A DNA stretch of 64,000 bases from positions 558,001 to 622,000 of the forward strand of contig NW_027117347.1 in the NCBI RefSeq assembly GCF_038025025.1. Reading direction: 5' to 3'. Source of the DNA: Phyllosticta citribraziliensis (taxonomy: Eukaryota). Under the pieces are notes generated by a model, which searched no databases, had not been told where the DNA came from, and saw nothing but the letters and a program-made list of their open reading frames with translations. Below, one piece after another: positions 49,853-64,000 of the stretch; position 1 is the stretch's first letter, and every line of letters begins with the position of its first letter. Both the position numbers and the translations under genes were made by a program.

Positions 49853-50389
49853 TAAATTTTTGGCAAAGAATCGATACAGTATCTCCCAAAAGCGCTGCGT
49901 CGGAAGACTTTACGGGTCTATGGGACGAAGCCATGTACCGTCTCGTCCGAGATTTGACGGGGCCAAACTCTGGGGACGAGTGGAGCATGGCTGCAGGCGT
50001 CAAATGCCTGTAACCCAGCGGGCTTGGGAAAGGCTCGGCGGCGTAAAAAGGCATTCATGAAATTAACGCAGATGCTTTCTGCTTTTCAAACACTGGGAAG
50101 TCGAGGTCATGAGTAGAAACGTGAGGAGAGACGATCGTGAAGCGAATTCTCGCCGCCAAGTTTTGCAAACACGGCAACCCTTCGGTTCCAAAAATCGATT
50201 CATGCCCAATTCATTGTAAGCTGTCGGAAAAATCCTACCAATCGGATTCTGTCCAATGACAATCACAGCTTCTGGAAAACACCGTCCGCGAGACCTCATT
50301 CAGTCATTGGCAACAACAGAAAATAGATGAGACCCGACACTACAGTCAAGCAAAACCTCGCAAGCAGACACGAAATGAAACTCAGACAT

Positions 50390-51029
50390 CTATGGCGGTC
50401 CTCCCTTTCTCACTCCGCCTGACCCCGGCGCATTGTTATCTGGAGGTGGAGGCTTCTTCTCATCACAGCTTTTCGGGCAATAGCACAGCTTCTCCTTGGA
50501 GCGTAGCAGCTGTCCCTTGATTTTGCAGCCGTTTTCATCTTCACCGCAAGGGGCTAAGGCCGCACAAGCAGCATCATCCTTGGCCTGTTCAGAAAAACTC
50601 ATCAGCCCAAAGGTACCCAGGGTAATCGCCATCACGATTGCCTTGCCAAAAGACCGTCCGAGGTTAGGGGAAGGAATGGTTTCAGGGAGACGCACATGGC
50701 AGCCGCAGCGATCTGTTCCAGCCCAATTACACGTTCCGCTGAGGTACTTGACATAGTCCGGGATGTCATCCTTGTTGTATTCGTTGGTTACGCCTTCATA
50801 TTCTTTCGGGTCATGGCAACGCTTGTCGCATGAGGCGTCGTCGGTGCACTAGCGGGGCAGACACCATGTCTTGCTATCAGTCATTCTGACCAAAAGAGGA
50901 AGACAAGATTCTGTGAGGCGTGCTTACCTTTCCGAACAACAGAAACGCGCTGTCTTTGAATTCGTCGGCGCGCGTCAACGAGGCCAGGATGCAGCAAACG
51001 AAGAGGAAGATCAAGACGGCTTTTGCCAT
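50390..51029 (-). CDS. Small secreted cysteine-rich protein (149 aa, 12 Cys in mature part), candidate effector/defensin-like, 3 exons
   Basis: Exon 51029-50928 MAKAVLIFLFVCCILASLTRADEFKDSAFLLFGK. Intron GTAAGC..CTGAT..TAG (50849-50927). Exon 50848-50696 CTDDASCDKRCHDPK...SGTCNWAGTDRCGCH. Intron GTGCGT..CTGAT..CAG (50585-50695). Exon 50584-50390 AKDDAACAALAPCGEDENGC..LCYCPKSC..PP*. TATATAAG ~130 nt upstream. Confidence 0.78.
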
Positions 51030-52541
51030 AACGATGGAACTTGCCTAGGAGATGTAAAGGAGTGGAAAGGAAAGAAAAGAATGAGTCTCCTTTGGGTGTG
51101 TATAGTGGATGCACCCATACATTGTATGATCGTAAAGAGGAGAGAGAGGTCCCAACTCTTATATATCACTGACTCCTATTCACAGCTACCTCTTCTCCTT
51201 GCGCTTTCGAATCAAACGCCACCAATTCCCTTCGTAGAACCTAGAGTGGGTTCATCCAAAGGTTCAACCAAGGGCTCATCCAAGCACAGCAAAGCTTCAG
51301 CATACAATAACACTCCAATCAGCTTCACCGCTGCGCAGAAAAGACCCTACTCGCCTTGATCGATTACCCTATTGAGTAGTAGCAAGCGCACTCTCCGCGG
51401 TAACAATATCTATAGTGAACTATGTGTTTTAGTGCGGTCAGGAACAAAACTTTCCTCAGTTGTCCATTGGAGCGGCGGAGGGGAAATCTTTCTCCACCAT
51501 GTCGCGCCATGTCGTCGTCCAAGTTTCCCTGTACGGCCAGTTAGGCACGGAACCTTGTCAGTAAGCTTAGCCGGCGCATCCTTAAACGGGGAAGGGGACC
51601 AGATGAAGCTTTCGGGTAGGGCTTTGTAGTTGGTTTCGACTGCGAGCGTTGGTAGCCGGACTGTTCCTGGATTTTCCTACGAACTTAAGCGTCGTCGCGG
51701 CTGAGCGTGCTGGAAACATTGCCTAGCTCTTGCCATTCAATAGATTTCACGAACGAAAAGGTTAGCGTTTGGCGGAAGTAGAAGCTTATGACGAGGATGT
51801 CACTCGCTGAGCCTTTTCCCCTACTGTTGCATATATGGTTAATTTTTACCTCGCGCAGGTCTTGTCCAGAGGAGAGCTGTTGAAGGGGAAAATTATCACG
51901 AGACAGCTTGCCATTTCCAATCGCTGACAACTTGAGGATGAGCCTGCTGATGGGTAAGCATGAATAAAACCTGGGTTTCTGTGGCATGATTGACTCTCAA
52001 GAAATGCTGATATATTTTGGTGGGTCTTTCATGAATGCTTCCTAGTCTCCAGAGCTCTTTCGACACGCGATGGAGAAACGTGATTCTTCTCTTCACGACG
52101 CCCCACAGCATTGCGACAGAACGAGACACTGGTGAGCAAATGCTGAGATTGCAACCGCAGTCTGTTCTCAGAATAAGCTCTCCAGTGTCTTTACTCTCAG
52201 ATCGGCAAGACCAAAACTGAAGGAAGGGATGGAAACAGAAGGCTCTGCAATCAGCCAAATCTAGGGGTGCCGCCAGACTTCACACTCAGAACTCTCTCTC
52301 CTGCTCGACTTGTTGGACAGGATGTCTTCACATCATTTCGTACCGTTCCATCCATCAACGGCTCCTTCGCGCCAGTCTGTCACAACTCATCAACGACGAC
52401 AGACTTGCCCCCTCCGTTCCAACCCTCACTCGGACAGCCGCCTCCCCCTTGCCCAACCAACCAAGCCAGCCCTACTCCCCTGCCGGATCACACATGCCGA
52501 CGACGATGCGCTCGGATATCCTACCTACCCACCAGAAAAAA

Positions 52542-52567
52542 CCCCCCCCCCCCCCCCCCCCCCCCCC
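52542..52567 (+). repeat. Poly(C) homopolymer (26 nt)
   Basis: Uninterrupted C run seen directly. Confidence 0.9.
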
Positions 52568-52659
52568 TCCCTCCCAACCGAAGACGGACCACGTGCTCTC
52601 GCACCATCCTACAGATGTCTTGGGTCACCGCGTCAAAACGCCCGCCACTCGTCATTTTA

Positions 52660-55400
52660 AGCTTATCACCACTCCACTCCACTCCACTCCACCCCCACCC
52701 CACCCAACCGCCCCTTTCAGCCCGTGGCTCTAGCTGACCGTTGCAGCAGACGACCGTTTGTTGGTGCGCCCTCCCCCCACACTGGCTTAGCGGTACACAC
52801 ACACGCACCTGCATCTGTCGTTTGCTGCTGGGGTATGTCCCAACCAGGTGGCGACTGGACGGTGTCTATCTCTGTGCGTTCGACTGCATAGGTACACACA
52901 TGCATACACACATCCCCCCTGGCACATAGATGTATCTACCCCTTTGGCGGACTGCTTTGCCGACCAGTAGGATCGCCTCTCTCTCTACATGTGCGCCGGC
53001 CCCTTGCGTTTCTGCACGCACCACGCATGCACGCACGCACGCTCGCTCGCTCCCCACCACCCACCACCGCACTCTGTCAATCCGTTCACCCCTCCACTCC
53101 AACTCCCCACGATCCATCCCGTTGCCAGCCACCCTCCCGCCTGCCTCCTCCTTTGCTTGGCTTGGCCTCGCTTCCCCTTTTGTACCCCCACGCCCATCTG
53201 TCTGTCTGCTTTGGCCTGCACGGTCTACTGTGTGTGTCTGTGTGTCTGTGATGTGTATGCAAGGACAACGCCTTCCGTCGCGTCCCTGATTGACGTTTGG
53301 CGGCACAGGCGCGTCGCGCGTGTAATCAGCCCAGCCACGAAAATTGACTAATCTTTTTGTTTTTCCCTTTGTTTCTCCCGCTTCCAATGGCGGAGCTTTG
53401 ATAGCGGACCGTGGGTGGTGACCATGGGAGGTAACTGTGGGTGGTGACTGAGCTTGACTGGTTGACCGACCAAGTGATGGTGGCTGGGAGAGCAGGAGAC
53501 GTAGACAGGCAGGATAGCCAAGGCAGACAGGCAGACAGGCAGACAGGCAGACAGGCAGACAGGCAGCGCTCCAAAGAGCCAGCCAACTCAGCTCTCCCTC
53601 TCCCTCTCTGTCTCGTCCTCCTACCTGGTACAGCGCGCCCACCCATCAACCACCCATCTCACCCAACCCCTCTACCACTCCTCGCGCACCAACAACCGCA
53701 GCCCCCGGCGACAGGCAGGCCCACCGCACAGCACGCCCGTCAAGGTCCACCGTAGCAGCAGCAGCAGCGGGCGAGGCGTCACGTTCGTTTCTCTCCTCCC
53801 TTCTTCCTTGACCCCTCGTATCCGTGCGCCGCGGTTGTCCACGTAGGTCGTCCATCAACCCATCCATCCATCCATCCTCGCGCTTTAGGTACCTAGGTAG
53901 GTAGGTAGCTGGGGCGTGCGTGCGTGCGTGCGTGCGGCGGAACGCTCTCCGCAGTGTGCCTGGCAGCGGAGGGAGCCGGCCCCGCTCCGCTGGATTCCGC
54001 CGGCCGGGCGACGCTCGGGGCGGTCGATGGAGGGATGGATTCCGATGGGGGTGGATGTAGGTAGGTAGGTAGGTACCACGTCGCGTTGAGAGAGAGTTGA
54101 GGGAAGCTGTTTGGCGGGCGAGCGGGATGAGATGGTGAAATGCCTCATGGCACTGAGACAGCAAAACATCTACATGCCTACTCCTACCTACCCTACATAC
54201 CTACCTACATGGTACCGAACAGCCGACCCACGAGCCAACCAACCGCCCGTCCGCCCACCCTCAGTCAGGGCGACCAAACATCGTCATGATCTTCCCACCT
54301 CAGGCTTACCGACGCGACAGCACGTCCGTCCCCTAACCTAACCGCCTTGACCGGGACCAGCCAGCCGGCCTTTCTGCCGACTCTTTTACACCTTGTTTCC
54401 GACTCGCTCAGCCAGTTGGCACGTAAGGTATCCAGCGCAGCGCAGCCCGGCAACCGACAGACAAACCCTCAGACCCTCAGACAGACAGACGAGCGAACAA
54501 TGATTGATGCGATGCGATTCAAGAGTCGAGATCTGCCTTTGGTTCCGTCCTTACCGGGAGGTCCCTCTCATTTCATATGCATGCATGCGCGCGCGGGCCG
54601 GTCCCCGAGGAGCCTGAGAAGATGGGAAGTGATGAGGAAGCAGGGAAAGTTTGGCGGAGGTTTTCTGGCAGAGAGGAAGACTGGATGGGTGGATGGATAG
54701 GTTTGATGCGCGCGCTGTGCATGCATGCATGCATCCATCCACCGTACATGCATGCACGCCATGCACGCGGCGCGCGTGTGTGCCTACTCCGATCGCAAAC
54801 TTCAGGCATTTGTTTAAAAACATACATTCATGTACACACACACACCGGAACCCAACCAGTTGTGCCAACTTGGCTACATCCTACATCTACATGCAAGCGA
54901 ACTACCATCTTCACCATCTGATCCTAAAGCCAAGGCCGTGCACGCATGCATGCATGCGTGTAATAATACCAATCAACATTCTGCGCTTGACGATCAAAAC
55001 CTGAGCTGACGCGTCAACCTCCCCCCCCGGTATACTGAACTCTACGTCTGTACCCCGTACTCCACACTCGCCACCGCCGCCGCATGATGCTTCTATTTAT
55101 TTTCATGTCGCATCAACGTCGTATATGCATGCAGGACGGAGGACCCTGCTTTTCTCTCTCCCCCTGTCTACTAGTCTGCCTGCTTGCCTGCCAGTCAGCC
55201 AGTCTAGCTAGCTAGCTGGCTGTGAGGCCAAAAATGGAACAGGTGGCCATCAAAATGAATATCAACCTTCAAGCAGTGCTTATGTAGGAGAAGGTGCAAT
55301 TTTGATTCGATTCATCGCCTGCTTGATTGCCTACGTGCTTGCCTATTCGTGCTGCTGCTGCTGAAGACATGCATACCTACTTACGTACATACAATCATGC
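52660..55400. repeat. Microsatellite-rich non-coding region: (CACTC)n, (CAGACAGG)n, (CCTA/TAGG)n, (GCGT)n, (ATGC)n, (CATC)n
   Basis: Examples: caggcaga repeats ~53520-53566, gtgc repeats ~53916-53935, gtag repeats ~54057-54075, atgc repeats ~54577-54960. ORFs here are low-complexity translations. Confidence 0.8.
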
Positions 55401-56232
55401 CTACTCAAACCTCCGCCGCAGTTGCTATCGACAGTAACAGTTGACGAATGTAGTAAACTAACCAACGCACCGTAGTCAGTCAAATGACCAAGGAAGGCGA
55501 AGAAAATGCATCCGTCCAACGACCACGAGCTCCTCCGACCCCAGAAACAAAATCAAGATGCAAACCGCCCTATCCCATCCCACCCATCGTCCATCCAACG
55601 CATCCCGCCATACCAAAACCGACAAACCAAAAAAGTACCCAAACAAGAAGCCAGTATTGAACAAGTTGTGCATATTTCCATTTCCCAGTGTTTTAGGCTG
55701 TGATGTGTTGTCTTCTGTGTTGATTGTGATCATTGCATCCCCGGAAGAGGGAGAGAAAAGGGAAAGAGAAAAAAAGTAAAAAAAAAGGGGGGGACGAGAG
55801 GTGAACCCGATTCCATACAGTCCTGCTTGCCTGCCAGTACCTCCTTCATACCAGAGTTCCTAGAAAATGACCTCCCTTTCCGAGCCTGCTTCCTTGAAAC
55901 CTTCTAACAGCCTCCTCCCTTTCTCATACAGTACAACGAGCCGCCGCCCCCTTCTCGAATCCCGCCGTAGAAGTGAAAAAGTTGCTCGGGTGCGCGCGCA
56001 GTCTGTTCAAAGCACAGCACTCGCTGCTGCCGCGGCGACATCCCAGACAACTTTTTGTGGGTGTTGGTGGTTTTTGATTAAAAAAGTCCGTCTAAAAATT
56101 CATAAGACGCGGGCGTTTCATCTCGTTTTGCCGATTCAGGGTAAGTGAAGCGCGACCGATCGTGCATCGAATCCGTCCTCTAGGTACAAGCCAAAAAGAT
56201 TTTTGAACAGCTTGAATCCAGCAGGGGCGCGC

Positions 56233-57767
56233 TTAGGCGCCGTTGGGGTTGGCGGGGAGCGTGCCGGTGCTCTCGCCGAGGAGGGAACCGAGCTTGTTCT
56301 TGGCGTACTGGTCATACTCGGGCGCAAAGTGGGGAGCGAGACCGCCGAGGAGGACGAAGACGATGAAGATGGTGAGGCCAAAGACGATGAGCTTGCGAAG
56401 AGCGGGGTGGCGGGAGCCGTACTCGGCCCAGGCGCGGCCGCCCTGACCAACGTACTCCTTGAGCTTGTCGGCACCGAGCTTGTAGTAGACGAGACCGCTG
56501 AGGGCAATGCTGTAACCAAAGGCCTGGAGGCCGGAGACGGGGTCACGGAAGATGAGCATCGAGGCAAAGACGAGGAGGATGTCCTTGAGGACACCGGACA
56601 GGGTGAGGACGAGCGACGAGGTCTTGCCGATCTGCAGAGGGTGTCAGTGGGATTCGGCCGCGATTTTGCCGCGGGGTTTCTTGACGTACCAGGAACACGA
56701 CCGAGACGTTGAGGAGGAACGCAATAAGAGCGTTGGCCAGGAGCGTAAAAGCACCGACGCCCCAGATGTCAGCCATGGTCATGCGCGGCAGCTCGCTGAA
56801 CAGGCAGACGACACCGTTCATGATGGCGCAAGCGGGAGCGTAGTAGTAGAGCGAGACGAGCGGGTCCATCTTGAACTCGGAGGAGCTCAGCAGGCGCTGG
56901 ACCATGACCAGGCGGACGGCCTCGAAAGCAATTCCACCGGCCTGGTAGAGGAAACCGGTCATGTTGAACTTGATTTCACCGAAAGAGGCAATGATGACAC
57001 CAACGACGATGATGGAAACATTGCCGAGGGTGCGCATGTTGGGGGGCGCGACACCGAGCGACCAGGTGGCCAGGAGAACGGCGACGGGGGTGGTGGCCTG
57101 TCTGGCGGTCAGAAACTGGCGCGCTGTCGACAGTGGAGCAGCGAAGACCCACCTTGAGCATCTGGATGAAGGCAACCGAGAGGTACAGGTAGGCCTGGTT
57201 ACCGCAGATCAAACTCAAACTGAAGAATATGCCAATGGGAACAATGGCGCGGAGATAAACGCGGCCGTTCATCGGCACCTTCTTGCGCGAGTCCAGGACG
57301 GTTGTGAAGCGAGCGAGCGACTGGGTCATGATGGTCGCGAACGTCAAGTGCCAGGTGGTCAGGAAAATGGCTGCGAAGGAGGTTAGGCATGTCGTCAATT
57401 GCTTGTCGATTCGAAGGAATACGTACGGTACCCTGTAGTGAGAAGGAAAAAAAAAAGTTAGCCATGTGTTGTTTGTTGAGCCGGGGTATCAAGGGAGAGC
57501 TTACTGAAGCCGGCAGTGTCGAGAATCCATTTGTTGAAGACGATGACGCTGGAACTCAGCGAGATCCAGGTGCTGCAAAGCGGTCAGCGTACGAGCGGCG
57601 CGGTGGCAGCGGGATTCGCAGTCTACTCACGCAATGTAGACGGCGGGGTGGAAGGTGGGCTTGGGCGGTTCGGGCTGGACAGCGTCGGGGTTGACGGTGG
57701 GCAGCGTCGCGTTGGCGGCAGCTTCGCGGGGGCTCTCGCCCGAGCTCCTCGACTTTTCGTCGGCCAT
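56233..57767 (-). CDS. glfB: UDP-galactofuranose transporter (nucleotide-sugar/TPT family), 6 exons
   Basis: MADEKSRSSGESPR..LPTVNP..LPPAVYIA|TWISLSSSVIVFNKWILDTAGF|RY|PIFLTTWHLTFAT..YLRAIVPIG..CGNQAYLYLSVAFIQMLK|ATTPVAVL..KMDPLVSLYYYAP..NVSVVFL|IGKTSSLVLTLSGVLKDILL. Head-to-head with UGM, as for Aspergillus glfB/ugtA. Confidence 0.9.
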
Positions 57768-59186
57768 TGTGGTGTTTGTGGGAGTTGTGGGGGAGAGGGG
57801 AGTTGTGAGGAAGAAGAGAAGAAGAGAGGACGGAGGCGCGGGTGCTTCTCGTCTTGTCGTCTGGCGCAGCGGTAGGAGGCGCTTGGACGGGGGACTGGGC
57901 CGCGCGGCAAGGGAGGGGAGGAATGGGACACAGAGGTCGAACGAGCGTACGAGAGGGGGTGCGGCGGAGGGCGGTGGTTTAGAGTGGTGGGGTTTGTGGT
58001 GGAGGAAGAGAGATGGGATGGGGAAAGGGAGAGGTGGTGAGGTGGTGGCTCCCGTCGTTGGTTATGAGCGAAAAGGCCGGGCAGGGCATGATTGGCTGGG
58101 CCGGGCTGGGGCGACTCAGATTGCGCGTAAGCTGTATGGTTGGCTCCCACAGCGGAGGTCATCAAACGGCGAGGGGACCACACAACAGTCCACTCTTTTT
58201 TTTTCTCGTCACAGCCAGCCAGCACGGGTGTAACGAGGGCCCAGATTTGCTGTCGGCCTTGCTTTTGGGGGAGGGCGAATTGGACGGGGAGGAGAGGGCA
58301 CCCGCAGCACAGGCGGCGGAGACGAGGGCGGGCGGCGGACACTCAGCCGGCAGCGGGAACAGCCAGCGCCAGCGCCAGCGCCAGCAACCAGCAGCCAGCC
58401 TGCGTGCCGTCCGTCTTACGGTGCGTCGCGGTGCGGTACGGTACGGTACGGGCAATGCAACCTGGCCTCTACGTGTAGTACCTGCAGCGAGGGCAGAGGC
58501 AGCGTTTCTTCACCTCTCGACTAAGCTAAGCAGAGCAGCCCTGGCGTCTTATCTCGGTAGCACAGTCGCAACGTCAATCCCTCGCAGGCCCTCGTGGCCC
58601 TGGTGCTGAAATAGAATGGCTAGAAATTGCGACGGACCTGAGGGCTGGAGGTGAGGAGGGCATGGTGGGCCCATGACGGCACCAGGACCTTGCAGTTGCG
58701 ACCATCATTCGGTATCCCGACCACGGCAGGCCAGGCCAGGCCAGGCCAGGCCGACGCACATTGTCCCGCACAGCCAGCCAGTGGACACTTGTCCTGACCC
58801 TGCCCAGCTCAACGGCGGACAACTAAGCCAGAGACAAAAGGAAAAACGGGAGGAATCAGTCAGTTGTGGCGCACAGAGGGACGCCGAGCTGACTGCGACC
58901 AGCTTCCCGACGGCAGAGTAAGGTAGGCGCCATGTACAGGTGTTGATTGACGTCTCTGCATCATGACTCGGCCAGTCAATCTGCTCGACGTCGATCCCCC
59001 TTTTCTCGCTCTGAAACCAAACGGGGGCCACGGCCACGACCACGACCACGACCATTGGAAGCTCACCTCCAACGCACGGCCACGCCGACCAGACCAGAGC
59101 AGGCCGGGGGCAGGCATCCTGTCCTGTGCTCCGCTGCGACTGCCCGACTCTGCCCTGCACCACCTGCACCTGCACGCTGGACCTAG

Positions 59187-61209
<2,023 letters not shown>

Positions 61210-63519
61210 ATGTGATACCCTTTCACTTGTTCAAACTGCGGGGTTTCGAGGCGCTTGGATAAACGGGGAGGCGCAGGTACGCGCCGCTTTTTTCTGGGTG
61301 GAGGACATCGGGAGCCACGTCATGGTTTGTGAGCACGAATGATTAGAGAGGGTCTCAGGATATCGACGAGGGATGTTTCAAAGCTTTTTCTTGGGCACTT
61401 TCAAACTTTTTTCTTCTCCTTCTGCCCGCTCCTCTTTACTCGGCATGCCGGCTCTTTAGAGGTGAAACCTTTTTTGTACCTTTTCTTCTTTTTCTCTCAC
61501 CTTCCCCTTTTTGGCAGCATGTTGCATTAGATGAGAGTCTTCTTTTGCAGCGCCATTCAACACAAAAAGATTTTTGACAGCGGCGGCGGAGAAGCCGGCC
61601 AGGGTATGCATGGCAGGAAGAGAGAGAGAGCGAGAGAGACGGTTAGAGCGAGCATGGCCTACTAGCCATTCGTAAATCTGCGCACTTGAGTGGTGGCTGG
61701 GATGGTTAGAATTTCCCCGAACAAAACATCAACATGACTTAGAAACCGCTGTGTTTTCGTTTTGTGTTTTTCGGGGTGGTTGGTTGACGCGTGGAGCTTA
61801 GGTTGTTTTGCCTCCGTCCGTCTCGGCGCGGAGCGAAGCTGAGCTGAGGCTCGCTGCGAGGTACGAAGGTGCGGTATGAGGTACGAGGTACGTACTGCTT
61901 GAAACGAAACAAACGGGATTGCCGCGCATGGCATATCGTGTGCATTGGCTTTGTACTTGCATCTGCATACATACTGCAAGGTACCTAGGTAGGCACATGC
62001 ATATTACAGGACACGACATACTTCTTTCTTCTCTTCTTGCGTTGCGGCTGAATGTGTAGTTGTGACTGCCGACATGTGGGGAGGAGGCTGGGGGGGGGGG
62101 AGTGTGCCCTCCCCTGTACTCGGGGAGAGCACCAACAAGATGCGATGATTTGAGTGCGTGATTCTGTCTGTCTGCCTGCCTGTCCGTCTGTCTGCGCCTC
62201 GTGGTCCTCAACTGAACAGAACCAGACACTTGGCTTCTCCCTTCTTACCGCAGCAGTCGCCGACGCCCCGTATAGTAATTGTCCTCCAGTGCATATAGCC
62301 GAGGTGATGTCGTCATCGACTTTGGGCGCGGATGGTGGGTTGGTTGGTTGGTTGGTTGGTTGGTTGGTTGGCGAATTGGGTTGGTCGGGTTCATGGGCGT
62401 TTCTACTTTTAGCCTTTTCTGTTGTTGGTTGTTTACCGTATGTACAGTACAGTACACATGCGACGGCTTTATTGTCAAGGACTGCGTGACTGGGGGGGGC
62501 GGCGGTGGCAGTGCTGCATACGTCACCGTTAAGGTGGCCAAGTCGCCTTTTACCACGTATCTTGTGAGAGAGACGGTGGTTAGATGTGGTGGTGGTGGTG
62601 GTGGAGGAGGCATTGGAGTTGGTGTTCTCTCCTCTGGAAACAGCCAGACAGACAAGACAGCCTTGCCGCAGCCCAGGCGCGTCCGTCGCGCGTCAAATGG
62701 CATTCGATTCGACTCGAGCCGAGCCGCCAGCGTTGCATCGCATCGTCAACGGTCCGTCCGCCTCCTCCTCCTCCTCCGCGCTCCATATTGTACATTACAT
62801 AGTAAAGTACATACATCATCATTGCGTGCTGTCGCGCCAACCCAGCAAACAACACTTCTCCTTGGAACCGACATGTAAAACGGCAAAAGCGAGGACAGAT
62901 GAGACAGCACCGTCTACGCGGCGTTTCACCTCGCTGCCCATCACGTCGTATGCGTCCGTTTCGAATCGTTACGAGTGCATCGATGTCTAGTCTTGACGAC
63001 CAACGGAAGAAGGGAAAAAGGGCGACGTAGGCGAAGGGAGTGCGGCTGTTTGTTGTTGGTCGCCGTGTGGTCGCCTGGGAATTTGCGAGGTGTTTGAGGT
63101 TGATTGATGCTGGATGGAGACTGAGGAGAGGATCAACTACCACCCACACCGCACACGGTGCTGCAATGGGATGGGATGGGCGCTGCGCTGGTGTTGATTG
63201 GTGGAAGGGCGAGTTGCTTGTTTGTCCGGTTGCGCGGCGTCCTCTCTGCAATTAAGGCAAGGCAGTTGGTCACTCTCTTGTCCATCCATGGATGATGAAA
63301 TGCGGACGGACGTCTCGCGTACTCATACACACTGTACGCGACTTGACAACGACGCGCCCTGACACTTTGGCTGCGCCTTCGTGCGTCCAGTCCTGCACTC
63401 CTGCAGGCACCGCGCGTCATTCTTGCCAGTGGAGACAACGGTCGCGGTCTTGATCAAGAAGAAACAAACACCTCTGCGGTTCTCGAGAGCAGAGTCCGAG
63501 TCCAACCCCGTAACCTAAC

Positions 63520-64000
63520 CTATGACCCTCGATCCAGCACATCCATCAGCCGCACGTTCCTGATCCGACAGCTCATAAGCAGAGCGTCGGCAGCGCAGCC
63601 CAACTCGCGCCGCGCCAGCTCCAAGTCGTCTTCGTAGCTGCTACTGTCGTTGCTGTGGTGCTGCCCGCGCATCGCCGCCATGATGGCTGCCGCCTCGGCG
63701 CACGACATTTCCTGCCCGCTGGCCGTGTCGCTGCCGTGAAGTGTCGAGGTGTGGATGGTCTGGTGGTCGTAGGCGTGCGGGAGATGCGGTTGAGTCGTAG
63801 CAGCGGCAGCGGCAGCGGGCTCGACGGTGTTGAGGGGGCTCTGTGGGATGGAGGTCTGCGCGCCGGCGAAGGCGTCTGTTATGGTGCTCGTGTATGAAGT
63901 CGCTCTCGTCATTGATGTGACTCCACCACCGCAGCCCACCATCTCCTCAATCCCCACACTCCTCTGCTCCCCCAGAAATCTGTCAACTTCATATCGAGAG
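63520..64000 (-). CDS. Partial gene (3' end only); C-terminus of a fungal family usually carrying an N-terminal bZIP-like domain
   Basis: Open frame to TAG at 63520 ending EMSCAEAAAIMAAMRG...ARRELGC....CRIRNVRLMDVLDRGS*. This SCxxAAxI..ELGC..CxVxN pattern is recalled from fungal bZIP-containing proteins. The 5' part lies outside the window. Confidence 0.6.
   Translation of the reverse strand, partial: SRYEVDRFLGEQRSVGIEEMVGCGGGVTSMTRATSYTSTITDAFAGAQTSIPQSPLNTVEPAAAAAATTQPHLPHAYDHQTIHTSTLHGSDTASGQEMSCAEAAAIMAAMRGQHHSNDSSSYEDDLELARRELGCAADALLMSCRIRNVRLMDVLDRGS

Noticed and set aside
50000..52260. Lower-GC stretch as a transposon or RIP relic
   Set aside because: No terminal repeats, transposase or RT motifs, or strong TpA enrichment visible.
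54330..54345. CCCTAACCTAACC as telomerase RNA template or interstitial telomere repeat
   Set aside because: Not a correct TAACCCTAA permutation, and no supporting structure is visible. It fits the local SSR background.
61300..63500. ORFs of 100-220 aa between UGM and the last gene
   Set aside because: They are translations of (TGGT)n, (GGT)n, (CCT)n and poly-G repeats, with no coherent exon structure.

Overview
Gene-dense, intron-containing DNA from a filamentous ascomycete. The short GT-AG introns with CTRAC-type branch points, the gene set and the microsatellite-rich intergenic DNA suggest a Dothideomycete-like species (inference). I can support about 26 protein-coding genes. Most are housekeeping: ATG9, COG6, BolA/Bol2, NIF3, RPS28, allantoinase, TM9SF/EMP70, frequenin, MED4, sterol O-acyltransferase, an SDR, GatB/PET112, LCP5, an F-box protein, FCP1, cytosolic AsnRS, a CIA84-like protein, mitochondrial S18, and the head-to-head galactofuranose pair glfB/ugtA + glfA/ugmA. 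There is also a secreted DUF1524 HNH nuclease and a partial gene at the right edge. Two elements are missed or only fragmentarily covered by the ORF track. One is a U4 spliceosomal snRNA gene (minus strand, ~45650-45779) with substitutions in its U6-pairing and Sm regions. The other is a 3-exon, 149-aa secreted protein with 12 Cys and a defensin-like (CSalpha-beta) cysteine pattern. Several genes show candidate alternative N-termini: non-AUG in AsnRS, dual AUG in NIF3 and UGM, and an intronic ORF in frequenin. A 6-nt microexon and a probable GC-AG intron are also present. I saw no tRNA, rRNA, CRISPR array or intact transposon. Exon boundaries were deduced by eye and family names come from recalled motifs, not database searches.
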